NCBI GenBank assembly: GCA_002363545.1
Contig: DEWF01000001.1
Coordinates: 240,272 to 304,271 of the forward strand
DNA length: 64,000 nucleotides
Source: Christensenella sp. UBA3217
GTDB lineage: Bacteria; Bacillota; Clostridia; Christensenellales; CAG-1252
Direction: 5' to 3'
Positions 20,038 through 30,363 of this stretch are shown here, in pieces (the first letter of the stretch is position 1; every line of letters begins with the position of its first letter). Under the pieces are notes generated by a model that saw only the letters and a program-made list of their open reading frames with translations, was not told the origin of the DNA and did no database searches. The position numbers and the translations under genes are program-made.

Positions 20038-20754
20038 TTGACTATGATATACACCATCTTGTATGAGAGATTTGATGCGATCATAAAGATCATTATGATT
20101 TTGGCGTTTTTGACAAGCGCCGTTTTTGCTATCTCTCTGCACGAATATGCCCATGGTTTTGCGGCTTATAAAATGGGTGATATGACGGCAAAAGCCAACG
20201 GACGGTTGACCATTAACCCTGCGGCGCACTTTGAACCCATTGGGTTTTTGATGTTCCTTTTGGTGGGTTTTGGGTTTGCTCGTCCGGTGCCCATCAATCC
20301 TTACAACTTTAAGGATATCAGAAAAGGGCTCTTGATCACCTCCTTGGCGGGAGTAACAGCCAACTTGATCCAGGCCATAGTCGCTTTTGGATTATGGGTG
20401 GGGATAGGGTATCTTCTCCCGGTCGTAGTATCGATAAAAGCGCTGTATTACTTCTTGCTTTACTTGTTTTATGTGGCGTTTTTCTCCACGCTCTTGAACG
20501 TGGCGCTTATTGCCTTCAATATCCTTCCCATTTATCCTTTGGACGGATATAACGTGGTTGCATCGCTTTCACGCACGAATAACGCGTATTTGCGTTTTAT
20601 GCGCCAATATGGCTCTTATTTCTTGCTGGGGATCTTACTGCTCGGTTATTTCTTTGATGCGATCGGGTTGCCGCAAGCAAACTTGTTCCGGCTATATATC
20701 ACCGGCTTACAAAAAGGTGTATACAAACTCTATTATTTGATCGTGGGAGGTTGA
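20038..20754 (+). CDS. Site-2 protease family (M50) membrane metalloprotease
   Basis: HEYAH and NILPIYPLDG motifs; the start may be TTG 20038 or ATG 20044. Confidence 0.9.
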   Translation: MTMIYTILYERFDAIIKIIMILAFLTSAVFAISLHEYAHGFAAYKMGDMTAKANGRLTINPAAHFEPIGFLMFLLVGFGFARPVPINPYNFKDIRKGLLITSLAGVTANLIQAIVAFGLWVGIGYLLPVVVSIKALYYFLLYLFYVAFFSTLLNVALIAFNILPIYPLDGYNVVASLSRTNNAYLRFMRQYGSYFLLGILLLGYFFDAIGLPQANLFRLYITGLQKGVYKLYYLIVGG

Positions 20755-20755
20755 G

Positions 20756-21547
20756 ATGGAAGATTTTTTTGTAGAAAGCAAAGAAACGTTCAGCTTCAAA
20801 CTCGATGACTTCGAGGGTCCTCTTGACTTGCTCTTACATATGCTCAAAGAAGCGAAGATCGAGATCAAAAACATCTTCGTCTCAAACATAACGGGGCAAT
20901 ACTTAAAGTACATAGAAGATATGAGCGGCTTGGACCTTGAAAAGGCAAGCAACTTTGCCGGCATGGCCGCAACTCTTTTGGATATTAAACTCAGAAGTGT
21001 GCTTCCGCGTACGGAAGAAGAGGACGTTATCCTTGAAGAGGATAAGAACTCCATTATCTTCTTGCTTGAAGAATATGATCTTATCAAAGATTCCGCGCTG
21101 AAATTGAAGATCACGGAAACCACCAACCGCTTTTTCCGCGAACCTGAATTTGATGAAAAAGATTGCCGCATTTTGCTTAAAAACTTTAATTTGGACAACC
21201 TTTTGGATGCTTTTGCCAAAATCATGTACAAGGCGGAAACCAAAACGGTGGACGCCATTCCCAAAGTCATTGTTAAAGACCGTTTTACTGTGGGGCAAAA
21301 AACGAGATCTCTTGTGGCAACGTTGCTTGAAAAAAAGGAGCTTACCTTCTTCTCGCTGTTTGATGAAGATTATACGGAGAGCGAAAAGATCAATACCTTC
21401 CTTGCTTTGCTGGAACTATTGAAAAAACAATTTGCTGAAGCAGTGCAGGAAAAACCTTTTGAAGATATCAAGATCACCCTAAAAGAGGGAGCGGAAAACC
21501 TGTCGTACGAAGGAGGATTCGATGAACAATCAGATGAGTATAATTGA
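20756..21547 (+). CDS. scpA: Segregation and condensation protein A
   Basis: FEGPLDLLLH, MAATLLDIK, FLALLEL. Confidence 0.95.
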   Translation: MEDFFVESKETFSFKLDDFEGPLDLLLHMLKEAKIEIKNIFVSNITGQYLKYIEDMSGLDLEKASNFAGMAATLLDIKLRSVLPRTEEEDVILEEDKNSIIFLLEEYDLIKDSALKLKITETTNRFFREPEFDEKDCRILLKNFNLDNLLDAFAKIMYKAETKTVDAIPKVIVKDRFTVGQKTRSLVATLLEKKELTFFSLFDEDYTESEKINTFLALLELLKKQFAEAVQEKPFEDIKITLKEGAENLSYEGGFDEQSDEYN

Positions 21548-22229
21548 GGCGATCGTCTTTGCCTCCGGAAAGGGGATAACCAAGACCGAGATCTTGGAAA
21601 AGATGGATATTACAAAGAAGAGATTAGATGCCATCGTGGAAGATCTTAAAGAAAAATACGACCCCGCAAACGGCGGCATCGTTTTTGTGGAAACCAATGG
21701 GACGTTGCGTTTTGTTACCGCTCCCGACGTGGGAGAACCCGTTGCGGAAGTATTGAAGCCATTGAAAGAACGCGAACTCAGCCGTTCTTTGCTTGAAGTA
21801 ATGGCTATCGTGGCATATAAACAACCCGTTACTCGCTTGGAGATAGATGACATTCGTTCCTCTTCGTCCGATTACGCCATTTCTATGCTTCTTAAAAACA
21901 ATTTGATCACCGTAGTTGGCAGAAAAGATGCACTCGGCAGGCCTCTTCTTTATGGAACAACGGATGATTTCTTGGTAAAATTCCAACTGAGCGATTTATC
22001 TGAGCTGCCCTCGGTAAAAGAGGTGCAGGAACGCATAAAGGTTTTGGAAGAAGGCATGCAAAAGAGCATTGAACTCTTCCCCGAAAAGGAAGTGAACGAA
22101 GTGGATGCGCCCATGCTTGCTGCCGGCGAGGAGATCCGTGTGGAAAAACCTTCCGACGAAGATTATGAAGTTGACCTTTCCGCTATCGTACGAGAAGTTG
22201 CGGCAGATGCGGCCGATAGAGAAGAATAA
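21522..22229 (+). CDS. scpB: Segregation and condensation protein B
   Basis: IEAIVFASG, IVAYKQPVTR, GRPLLYGTTDDFL. Confidence 0.95.
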   Translation: MNNQMSIIEAIVFASGKGITKTEILEKMDITKKRLDAIVEDLKEKYDPANGGIVFVETNGTLRFVTAPDVGEPVAEVLKPLKERELSRSLLEVMAIVAYKQPVTRLEIDDIRSSSSDYAISMLLKNNLITVVGRKDALGRPLLYGTTDDFLVKFQLSDLSELPSVKEVQERIKVLEEGMQKSIELFPEKEVNEVDAPMLAAGEEIRVEKPSDEDYEVDLSAIVREVAADAADREE

Positions 22230-22261
22230 TCTATAATATTTGAAAGATCCGCCATACTAAC

Positions 22262-22846
22262 ATGGTGGATCTCTTTTTTTATTTACTTTTCATTTTACTG
22301 TTCTTACTTTTACCTATTTTTATCAAGGCGGAAGGCACTTTTCGCCCCGATAAGCGAGTGCTTTATATATCGATCAAATGGTTGGGGATCAAATTGTTAT
22401 CCATACGCCTTTTTTTATCCGATGACATTTACATTTCCATCAATAAGAATAAGGCAAAAATGCTGTCAAAAAAGAAAAAACACGGTAAAAACAGCGCAAT
22501 ATTGCCATTTTTGTTTACCGCGATCCATATAAGCGACTTAAACGTATCGGTATATACGAGCGGCGATCCCTCATCTCTCTCTATTGCCATTTCAACCGGT
22601 TTACAGATCATAAATAGTTTTATCGGTTACTTGAAAAATCTTAATCGCTTGGATAAAAGCAAGGTGTTGATCCTTCCGTGCTATTTGAACGAACAGGCAA
22701 CGGTAAATTTTTCCATTTGCGTATATTCCTGCATCGCGTTAGTTATTTTCTCATTTGCGCATACTATTTTGGGAGAAAAATATGCAAAGCGAAGCGATAG
22801 GAAACATCATGGACAAGACCTTAGAAAACCTGAAACAAATGGCTGA
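22262..22846 (+). CDS. YtfI/DUF2953-like membrane-anchored protein
   Basis: N-terminal TM; conserved position between scpB and ytfJ; the start may be GTG 22265. Confidence 0.55.
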   Translation: MVDLFFYLLFILLFLLLPIFIKAEGTFRPDKRVLYISIKWLGIKLLSIRLFLSDDIYISINKNKAKMLSKKKKHGKNSAILPFLFTAIHISDLNVSVYTSGDPSSLSIAISTGLQIINSFIGYLKNLNRLDKSKVLILPCYLNEQATVNFSICVYSCIALVIFSFAHTILGEKYAKRSDRKHHGQDLRKPETNG

Positions 22847-23144
22847 CGGAGAAACGGTTGTTGGGCGAGAGATCATCGCACCCGATGGGACTATGGTGAT
22901 CCCCATCTCCAAATTGAGTGTGGGAATGGTGTCCGGTGGGGGAGAATACGGTCTGCAAAGAATAAACGGAGAATTCACGGGAGCCGGAGCAGGCGGGGCG
23001 GGAGCCACCGTCACACCGCTTGGATTTCTTTTACTCGGAAAATTCAGTCACTCTTTTATAAGGGTGGACGGTAAAGAGGAGGACGACAAATGGATGAACG
23101 TATTACAAACCGTAGCAAAAGTTTTCGCAAAGAAAAAATCTTGA
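22782..23144 (+). CDS. gerW: GerW/YtfJ family sporulation protein
   Basis: TVVGREI...VIPISKLSVG..SGGGE and GAGAGGAGATVTPLGFL. Confidence 0.88.
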   Translation: MQSEAIGNIMDKTLENLKQMADGETVVGREIIAPDGTMVIPISKLSVGMVSGGGEYGLQRINGEFTGAGAGGAGATVTPLGFLLLGKFSHSFIRVDGKEEDDKWMNVLQTVAKVFAKKKS

Positions 23145-23935
23145 TCGCATTGCTGTTTTTTTTACTTTTTTTCTTTTTTGCCGCACCCGCTGCCACTGCT
23201 AATGCATATAACCGCACTTCGGCTGTGGTTTTGATGAATGCGGAAACCGGTGAGATCCTATACGAAGAGAATGCAAACGTTAAGATGGAGATCGCCTCTA
23301 CTACTAAAATACTCACCGCTATTACCGTTATAGAAAACTCCGATCTTTTCCAATGGGTAACTGTTCCAAAGCAGGCGGTGGGGGTGGAAGGCTCGTCCAT
23401 CTATTTAAGAAAGGGCGAAAACTGGCGCGTATTGGACTTGCTTTACGGTTTAATGTTGCGAAGCGGAAATGATGCCGCGACCGCTCTTGCCATCATAACG
23501 GCAGGATCGGTTGAAGGTTTTTGTGCAATGATGAATGAAACGGCCATAAAAGCAGGTGCTGAAAACAGCCACTTTACCAATCCGCACGGTTTGCACGATG
23601 CGGATCATTATGCAACCGCAAAAGACCTTGCGTTGATCACAAAATACGCCTTTGATTGCCCGATCTTTCAAACGATATGTAAAACCAAAGTGTATAACGC
23701 AACAAAAAAGGTGGGTGGTTTTGACGTAAAAGTGACTTTTTATAATAAAAATAAACTTCTCTATTCTTATCCTTATGCAACAGGTGTAAAAACCGGTTAT
23801 ACAACGCACTCGGGAAGGTGCTTGGTTTCCTCTGCGCAAAAAGACGGCGTGCACCTTATATGCGTGACCTTGAACGTTTATGATACCTATGGCGTCAGCA
23901 AAGGATTGTTTGAAAGATATTTTCAAGAAGTTTAG
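23141..23935 (+). CDS. dacB: D-alanyl-D-alanine carboxypeptidase (DacB-like)
   Basis: ASTTK, SGNDAA, VKTG; the start is uncertain (TTG 23141 overlaps the gerW stop). Confidence 0.8.
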   Translation: MIALLFFLLFFFFAAPAATANAYNRTSAVVLMNAETGEILYEENANVKMEIASTTKILTAITVIENSDLFQWVTVPKQAVGVEGSSIYLRKGENWRVLDLLYGLMLRSGNDAATALAIITAGSVEGFCAMMNETAIKAGAENSHFTNPHGLHDADHYATAKDLALITKYAFDCPIFQTICKTKVYNATKKVGGFDVKVTFYNKNKLLYSYPYATGVKTGYTTHSGRCLVSSAQKDGVHLICVTLNVYDTYGVSKGLFERYFQEV

Positions 23936-24005
23936 CCGATGTCGAAAGAGTAAAACACTTGATTCTCAAAAAAAAATAAGTTATTATAACTTATAGGAGA
24001 AACTT

Positions 24006-24725
24006 ATGAGAATCAATAAATATATTGCGGAAGCGGGAGTGGCGTCCAGAAGAAACGCCGATCAAATGATCAAAGACGGAAGGGTGTCCGTAAACGGTAA
24101 AAAGACTACCGAATGTGGCATGGATATCAACGTGGATAACGATACCGTTTATGTGGATGGCGTTAGGATCACTCCCATTCGCAGATACACTTACATAATG
24201 TTCAATAAGCCCAAGGGCTGTATCACCACTGCCCAAGATGAATTTGGGCGCAAAACCATTTACGATTATTTGGATCAATATGCCGGAAAAGGACTTTTTC
24301 CCGTGGGGAGATTGGATTATGACAGCGAAGGCTTGTTGCTTTTGACTAATGACGGGGCGCTTGCACAAGTTTTAACCCATCCGAGTTATGAGATCCCTAA
24401 AACTTATCTTGTAAAAATCGAAGGCGAGATATCGGAAGACGATATGAAAAAGATCCGCAACGGTATCAAAGCCAAGGATGGGGTGCGTTATGCTCCCGCA
24501 AAACTGTATGCCAAGGAGATAAAACCCGAGTATTCCAAATTGGAGATCACCATTACCGAAGGTAAAAACCGTGAAGTCAGAAAGATTTTTGAAGCAGTGG
24601 GAAAAAATGTGGTGTTCCTTTGTCGCAAAAAGATAGGTGATCTTGCACTCGGCGGGCTCACCCGCGGCACGGCTCGTTATTTGACGGCAAAAGAAATAGC
24701 GTATCTAAAATCGCTCGGAAACTAA
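24006..24725 (+). CDS. rluB: 23S rRNA pseudouridine synthase (RluB-like)
   Basis: S4 domain MRINKYIA, PVGRLDYDSEGLLLLTND. Confidence 0.9.
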   Translation: MRINKYIAEAGVASRRNADQMIKDGRVSVNGKKTTECGMDINVDNDTVYVDGVRITPIRRYTYIMFNKPKGCITTAQDEFGRKTIYDYLDQYAGKGLFPVGRLDYDSEGLLLLTNDGALAQVLTHPSYEIPKTYLVKIEGEISEDDMKKIRNGIKAKDGVRYAPAKLYAKEIKPEYSKLEITITEGKNREVRKIFEAVGKNVVFLCRKKIGDLALGGLTRGTARYLTAKEIAYLKSLGN

Positions 24726-24743
24726 AAGGGAGCGACAAATGTT

Positions 24744-25502
24744 ATGAGGATCTTGATCGTAAACGATGATGGCATTTCGGGGCGCGGGTTATATGCGCTT
24801 GCAGAGGCATTGTGTAAAGAGCACGAAGTGACGGTTGTAGCACCGCACACACAAAAATCCGGGTACAGCCATTCACTTTCTTTTCACAAAACCATTACTT
24901 ATGCACCTTATAACCTCGGCTTACCATTAAAAGCCTATTCTTTAACGGGTACTCCCTGTGATTGCATCAAGTTTGCAATAGACGTGTTGATGCAAGATCA
25001 TCTGCCGGATCTGATCCTTTGCGGAATCAATGACGATTATAACCTTGGTACGGACGTTGTTTACTCCGCTACGGTAAACGCCGCTTTGGAAGGTACCATA
25101 CTCGGGTTTCCCTCCGTTGCGGTTTCAATAGGAAGAGAACACGCGAACGACTTTTCCTATCCTGCCGAATTTATTAAGAAAAACCTTACGACGCTCCTTA
25201 CGTTAAAGCGCAATAATACCGTATGTTACAGCATTAATTTCCCTTCACAAGATCCCAATGAGATCAAAGGTGTACGTTTTGCTACATTAGGGCTCAGAAA
25301 ATTCAGCGATCGCTACGAATTGCAACAGCATAGTGACGGTAGCGGATACTTGTTGCTCGGAGAGCCTATTCCTCTCGATAACTCCCCCCAATCGGACGTG
25401 GAGCTAATTAAAAACGGCTATATCACCATAACTCCCGTTTCCATTCAAGACACCGCATTTTCCTTTATGGATAAAGAAGCAGAGGGAACCATATGCATGT
25501 AG
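24744..25502 (+). CDS. surE: 5'/3'-nucleotidase SurE
   Basis: ILIVNDDG, VVAP...SGYSHS, GTPCDC, GIN...NLG..V.YSAT. Confidence 0.93.
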   Translation: MRILIVNDDGISGRGLYALAEALCKEHEVTVVAPHTQKSGYSHSLSFHKTITYAPYNLGLPLKAYSLTGTPCDCIKFAIDVLMQDHLPDLILCGINDDYNLGTDVVYSATVNAALEGTILGFPSVAVSIGREHANDFSYPAEFIKKNLTTLLTLKRNNTVCYSINFPSQDPNEIKGVRFATLGLRKFSDRYELQQHSDGSGYLLLGEPIPLDNSPQSDVELIKNGYITITPVSIQDTAFSFMDKEAEGTICM

Positions 25503-26710
25503 CGGTGATCGGGGGTGGAGCGTCCGGAATGGCGGCTGCATATGCCGCGGCAATAAACGGGGCAAAGACCATTCTTTTTGAGAAGAATGAAAAACTCGGA
25601 AAGAAGCTCTTTATCTCAGGGAAAGGACGTTGCAACTTGACCAACGATTCGGATATTCAAAACCACTTAGCCAACGTGGTGGATAATCCGCGCTTTCTAT
25701 ATTCCGCTTATAACGCTTTTTCTCCGGTGGACTTAATGAGGCTTATGACGGAAGCGGGCGTTAGTTTGAAAACGGAAAGAGGAGATAGAGTTTTCCCTCT
25801 TTCTGACAAGTCTTCCGATATTATCTCGGCTTGGCAAAAACTATTACTTAAATCCAACGTGGATATCCACTTGAACGAAACGGTTTTATCTTTTGATAAA
25901 AAAGACGCGTCTTTTGCCATAAAAACAGATCAAAAACAGTATACTTTCGATAAGCTAATCATTGCCACCGGAGGGTTTACCTATCAAGCCACAGGTTCCA
26001 CGGGAGACGGCTACCGTTTTGCTCGATCTTTTGGTCATTCCATTGTTCCTCTTCGACCTTCTTTGGTTGGGATCAAAGCAGTTATTCCCACTTCTCTTGC
26101 GGGATTGAGTTTGAAAAACTGTGAGATCACCGTCAAAAAGAGTGAAAAAGTGCTGTTTTCCGAGTTTGGAGAGATGCTTTTTACGCATAGCGGGATCTCA
26201 GGACCGATCGTGCTCACCGCATCGGCCAAAATCAACAATTTGCCTTTTGAGGAGCTCATGATATATTTGGATCTGAAGCCGGCCATCACGATGGAAACTT
26301 TGGATCAACGCCTGATCAGGGAGCTTACGGCTGGGGGGAGTAAGGCATTGAAAAACAGAATGCCGGAACTCTTACCAAAGTCCCTTATCGAGCCTATTTT
26401 AGAGCAAGCCGGATTGGATCCCCTTGCACCTTGTCACTCAATCACCAAAGCGGATAGACTTCGCTTGGCTTTACTGTTAAAAGCATTTCCCATCAAACCG
26501 ATCGGGTTGGAAGCCTTTAACGGAGCGATCGTCACCGCAGGTGGTGTGAACGTAAAGGAAGTGGATCCCAAAGATATGCAAAGTAAACTTGTATCCGGTC
26601 TATACTTTGCGGGGGAGCTGTTAGACGTTGACGCATTAACGGGCGGATATAATTTGCAGATAGCATTTTCCACCGGTTACCTTGCCGGCAGGAGCGCCGC
26701 AAATGCTTGA
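25493..26710 (+). CDS. HI0933/YhiN family flavoprotein
   Basis: GGGASG, SGKGRCNLTN, TGSTGDGY, VTAGGV, GELLDVDALTGGYNLQ. Confidence 0.9.
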   Translation: MHVAVIGGGASGMAAAYAAAINGAKTILFEKNEKLGKKLFISGKGRCNLTNDSDIQNHLANVVDNPRFLYSAYNAFSPVDLMRLMTEAGVSLKTERGDRVFPLSDKSSDIISAWQKLLLKSNVDIHLNETVLSFDKKDASFAIKTDQKQYTFDKLIIATGGFTYQATGSTGDGYRFARSFGHSIVPLRPSLVGIKAVIPTSLAGLSLKNCEITVKKSEKVLFSEFGEMLFTHSGISGPIVLTASAKINNLPFEELMIYLDLKPAITMETLDQRLIRELTAGGSKALKNRMPELLPKSLIEPILEQAGLDPLAPCHSITKADRLRLALLLKAFPIKPIGLEAFNGAIVTAGGVNVKEVDPKDMQSKLVSGLYFAGELLDVDALTGGYNLQIAFSTGYLAGRSAANA

Positions 26711-26756
26711 TTCCGTCCACAGAGTATGATACTATTTGTTAAAAGGGGGAATAACC

Positions 26757-27410
26757 ATGAATATTGCTATTGACGGACCGTCCGGAGCAGGAAAAAGTAC
26801 GATTGCAAAGGAACTTGCAAGACGTTTGAATATTACCTATCTTGATACGGGAGCCATGTATCGTACCGTTGCGCTCAAAAGCATATGGCTTGGCGTGGAC
26901 GTTAACGACGAGGAAAAGGTAAAAGAGTTTTTACCGAACGTGGATTTGGATATTCAATATATAGATGGCACACAACACGTGTATTTGGATGGAAAAGACG
27001 TTTCCAAAGAGATTCGTGAACATAGAATGAGCAAAGCTGCATCCGATATTTCCAGGATCCCCGCAGTGCGCTTGCACTTGGTGGAAATGCAACGAGCGCT
27101 TGCCGCAAAATACGATTGCGTTTTGGATGGTCGCGATATCACCTCTTACGTTCTCCCTAATGCGGAGTATAAATTCTTTATCACAGCTTCTCCCGAAGTG
27201 CGTGCAAAACGCCGTTTGGATGAGCTTGCCGCAAAAGGGGAAACAATGGATTTTTCCGTGCTTTTGGAAGATATCAAACAGCGTGATTATAATGATAGTC
27301 ACCGCGATTTTGCGCCCCTAACGCGCACAGAAGACAGCGTTTATATCGATACGAGCGATATGACCATCGAGCAGGTTTTGGCTAAGGTGCTTTCCTATAT
27401 CAAGGAGTAA
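26757..27410 (+). CDS. cmk: Cytidylate kinase
   Basis: IAIDGPSGAGKST, LDTGAMYR, DGRDI. Confidence 0.96.
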   Translation: MNIAIDGPSGAGKSTIAKELARRLNITYLDTGAMYRTVALKSIWLGVDVNDEEKVKEFLPNVDLDIQYIDGTQHVYLDGKDVSKEIREHRMSKAASDISRIPAVRLHLVEMQRALAAKYDCVLDGRDITSYVLPNAEYKFFITASPEVRAKRRLDELAAKGETMDFSVLLEDIKQRDYNDSHRDFAPLTRTEDSVYIDTSDMTIEQVLAKVLSYIKE

Positions 27411-27412
27411 AG

Positions 27413-28030
27413 ATGCTGTATCGTATTGCAAGAGCGTTCGCATTGCCATTTATTGCGATCTTTCATCCCACAAAAGTATTCGGAAAAGAAAAATTTTCTT
27501 CCGAAAGCGCAGTTATCTGCTGTAATCACTACCATTCTTCCGACGTATTGATCGTGGCGGCAAAACTTTTGAAAAAAGAGATGAACGTGCTTGCAAAAGC
27601 CGAGCTTTTTAAGGGGAAATTTACCTCATCTTGTTTAACAAAATTGGGTGCTATCAAGGTAAATCGCGGCACTCCCGAAGTTAGCGTGCATAAGGAGATA
27701 CTTCGCCGCTTAAAAGCAGGAAAACAGCTTTTGATCTTTCCGGAAGGAACTCGAAATCAAGCGGGGACCCACGACATGGCCGAGCTGAAAAACGGTGCCG
27801 CCGTGTATGCCATAAAAGCCCGTGTTCCCATTATTCCATTGATGTTTCATCACAAATCAAAATTCTTTCAAAAGAATTATTTGATCGTGGGAGATAAGAT
27901 CGATCTTTCGGCATATTACGGAAAAAATATCCATGAGGTAAAAGAGGAAGTTTCCCAACTTTTACACGACAAAATGGAAGCGTTACACCTGGAATTGGAT
28001 GAAAAAGTGAACGCGCTGAAAAGGAAATAA
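27413..28030 (+). CDS. plsC: 1-acyl-sn-glycerol-3-phosphate acyltransferase
   Basis: NHYHSSD (HxxxxD), FPEGTR. Confidence 0.9.
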   Translation: MLYRIARAFALPFIAIFHPTKVFGKEKFSSESAVICCNHYHSSDVLIVAAKLLKKEMNVLAKAELFKGKFTSSCLTKLGAIKVNRGTPEVSVHKEILRRLKAGKQLLIFPEGTRNQAGTHDMAELKNGAAVYAIKARVPIIPLMFHHKSKFFQKNYLIVGDKIDLSAYYGKNIHEVKEEVSQLLHDKMEALHLELDEKVNALKRK

Positions 28031-28033
28031 TAA

Positions 28034-30292
28034 ATGGAAGTGATCTTGGCAAAACACGCTGGATTATGCAGTGGGGTAGAACGTGCTTTGAAACTCGCTC
28101 TCGGAGCAACAAAGAAGCCCGTATATCTTTTTGGCAACATTGCGCATAACGAAAGGATCATAAAGAATTTGAGTGAGGCAGGGTGCGTGGTCGTTGACGA
28201 AACTGCCGAGATCAACGGCGGAAGCATCGTGATACGCGCACACGGCGTTGGGCCCAACGTTCTAACTAAACTTCAAAATACCTCTGCCGAGATTATAGAC
28301 GCCACTTGTCCCATCGTTAAAAAAATTCACGATATCGTTCGTGAAAGCGCACGAAACGGGTGCTCAATTTTGATCGTGGGAGATCCTACGCATCCCGAGG
28401 TGATCGGCACGCGCGGTTATGCCGAAATATGCCATGTGATAGATAGTTTGGAATGTGCGAAAAAACTCGAAATCGATCAGAATAAACAGTATGTTTTGGT
28501 TTGTCAGACGACATTTTCCGAAAAAACCGCAAATATTATAATAAATCATCTAAAAAATAAGATTAAATCGCTTGTCATAAATCAAACGATTTGTTATACT
28601 ACAAAAGAACGACAAACTGAGGCGGAATCCCTTTCCCGCAGTTGCGACGCCGTTTTGGTAGTGGGAAGCAAAAGCAGTTCAAATACCACAAAACTCGTTG
28701 ATATTTGTAAAGCACACTGCAAAAATGTTTACTTCATCCAAACAGCAGAGGACCTGCAAGAAATCGATTTCACCGGAATACAAAAGATTGCCGTCACAGC
28801 AGGAGCATCAACTCCGAGAGAGTTGATCATGGAGGTATTATCAGGAATGAGCAACGAAAACGAAGTGACTCTCCCCATTGAGGAGAATGAGAAGACGGAA
28901 GCAACCGCTCCCGTCGCAGCAGCAGCAGAAGTCAAGCAGCCCAAGGCATCTTCCAAGATGACGATGGCTGACGTGATGGCGTCCACCAAATTCGAGATCC
29001 GCGAAGGGATGCGCGTTAAGGTGACGGTCATCAGAAGTGACGAAACCGGTGTTTATGTGTCCGGTCTTGGCAAGAAAGATGGTTTTATTGCTGCCGACAA
29101 GGTGACAGACGGTGAATACAAGCCCGAAGATTATACTGCGGGTATGAAGTTTACCGCTATCGTGATCCCCAACACAAACGTCAGCAAAGATTATATCGCA
29201 CTCGACAAGCGCAAGTTTGACGAGATCGAGGAAATGGATAAAGCCTTGCTTGACGGCGTTTTCGAGTTAAAGATAGATAAAGCGGTGGAAAAGGGCGGCT
29301 TGCTTGGCAAGAAAGGTTCCTTTACCGTGTTTATTCCCGCTTCGCACATTGAGCTCCACAGAGTGGAAGATGCCGATCTGCAAAGCTATGTGGGCAAAAA
29401 GCTCATGGTGAAAAAGCTTCCCGACAAGAAGGGTGAAGAAGCCGCTGACGGAAAGCGTCATAGAATCGTTGCTTCCCACAAGGAAGTTTTGATTGCGGAA
29501 AAGAAAGCCGCTCGTGAAAAGGCAGAACAAGAATGGCAAGAGAAGAAGGCTCGCGAAGAAGAAGAAAAGAAAGCTATCTTTGACGCCAACAGGGATAGAT
29601 TTGAAGTGAACAACGTTGTGCCCGGCACCGTGAAGAGATTCACTGACTTTGGTGCCTTCGTGAACGTTTACGGCTTTGATTGCTTGGCTCCCAAGACCGA
29701 ACTCAGCTGGATCAAGGGGCAGGCTCCTGCCGACATCCTTGAGATCGGCAAGGAATACGAGTTCGTTATCATCAAAGTGGATGCGGAAAACTACAAAGTG
29801 TCCCTTTCTTATAAACTTCTCCAAAAGCGTCCTTATGAGATCGCTCAAGAGAAGTATCCCGTTGGTTCTATCGTCACCGGTAAGGTGCAAACCATTGTGA
29901 ACTTCGGTGCTTTCATCAGCATTGAGCCGGGTGTGGATGGTTTGGTGCACGTTTCCAACATCAGCGACAAGAGACTCAACTCTCCCGCAGACGTTTTGAA
30001 AGTTGGTGATGAAGTGACTGCAAAAGTCATCAGCTTTGTGGATAACCGCATGGCTCTCTCCATCAAGGATGCGCAAGAACCTGCCGAAGGCGCTGCTGAA
30101 GCAAAAGAAGGCGAGAAGAGAGTTCGTAACAACGCTCGTCCCCAACAAGAGCGCAAGGGCAAAAAGTCCGCAGGTGACGAGATCTCCAAGGAAGAGCAAG
30201 AGATCGTACAGAATTTCGGTACTACCGAGTCCGTACAAAACAACATTCTCGGCGATCTTCTTAAAGGTTTCACTCCTTCCGACGAGAAATAA
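28034..30292 (+). CDS. ispH: IspH (HMBPP reductase) fused to ribosomal protein S1
   Basis: AGLCSGV, DATCP and TICYTT Fe-S cysteines plus AGASTP, followed by several S1 repeats (GAFV/GAFI, DGLVHVSNIS). Confidence 0.93.
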   Translation: MEVILAKHAGLCSGVERALKLALGATKKPVYLFGNIAHNERIIKNLSEAGCVVVDETAEINGGSIVIRAHGVGPNVLTKLQNTSAEIIDATCPIVKKIHDIVRESARNGCSILIVGDPTHPEVIGTRGYAEICHVIDSLECAKKLEIDQNKQYVLVCQTTFSEKTANIIINHLKNKIKSLVINQTICYTTKERQTEAESLSRSCDAVLVVGSKSSSNTTKLVDICKAHCKNVYFIQTAEDLQEIDFTGIQKIAVTAGASTPRELIMEVLSGMSNENEVTLPIEENEKTEATAPVAAAAEVKQPKASSKMTMADVMASTKFEIREGMRVKVTVIRSDETGVYVSGLGKKDGFIAADKVTDGEYKPEDYTAGMKFTAIVIPNTNVSKDYIALDKRKFDEIEEMDKALLDGVFELKIDKAVEKGGLLGKKGSFTVFIPASHIELHRVEDADLQSYVGKKLMVKKLPDKKGEEAADGKRHRIVASHKEVLIAEKKAAREKAEQEWQEKKAREEEEKKAIFDANRDRFEVNNVVPGTVKRFTDFGAFVNVYGFDCLAPKTELSWIKGQAPADILEIGKEYEFVIIKVDAENYKVSLSYKLLQKRPYEIAQEKYPVGSIVTGKVQTIVNFGAFISIEPGVDGLVHVSNISDKRLNSPADVLKVGDEVTAKVISFVDNRMALSIKDAQEPAEGAAEAKEGEKRVRNNARPQQERKGKKSAGDEISKEEQEIVQNFGTTESVQNNILGDLLKGFTPSDEK

Positions 30293-30309
30293 GCGGTTTA
30301 AATGCAAAC

Positions 30310-30344
30310 AAAAAAACGATCCGATCTATTCGGGTCGTTTTTTT
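30310..30344. terminator. Bidirectional intrinsic terminator
   Basis: A-tract, ACGATCCGA...TCGGGTCGT, T-tract between convergent genes. Confidence 0.8.
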
Positions 30345-30363
30345 ATACCTAATTGAGCAAGTT

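Noticed and set aside
29267-30307. A long antisense ORF (346 aa) opposite the S1 region
   Set aside because: This is the usual shadow of a highly biased coding strand; it has no motifs or RBS. The same applies to the other antisense ORFs in the track (e.g. 19342-20229, 15356-16030).
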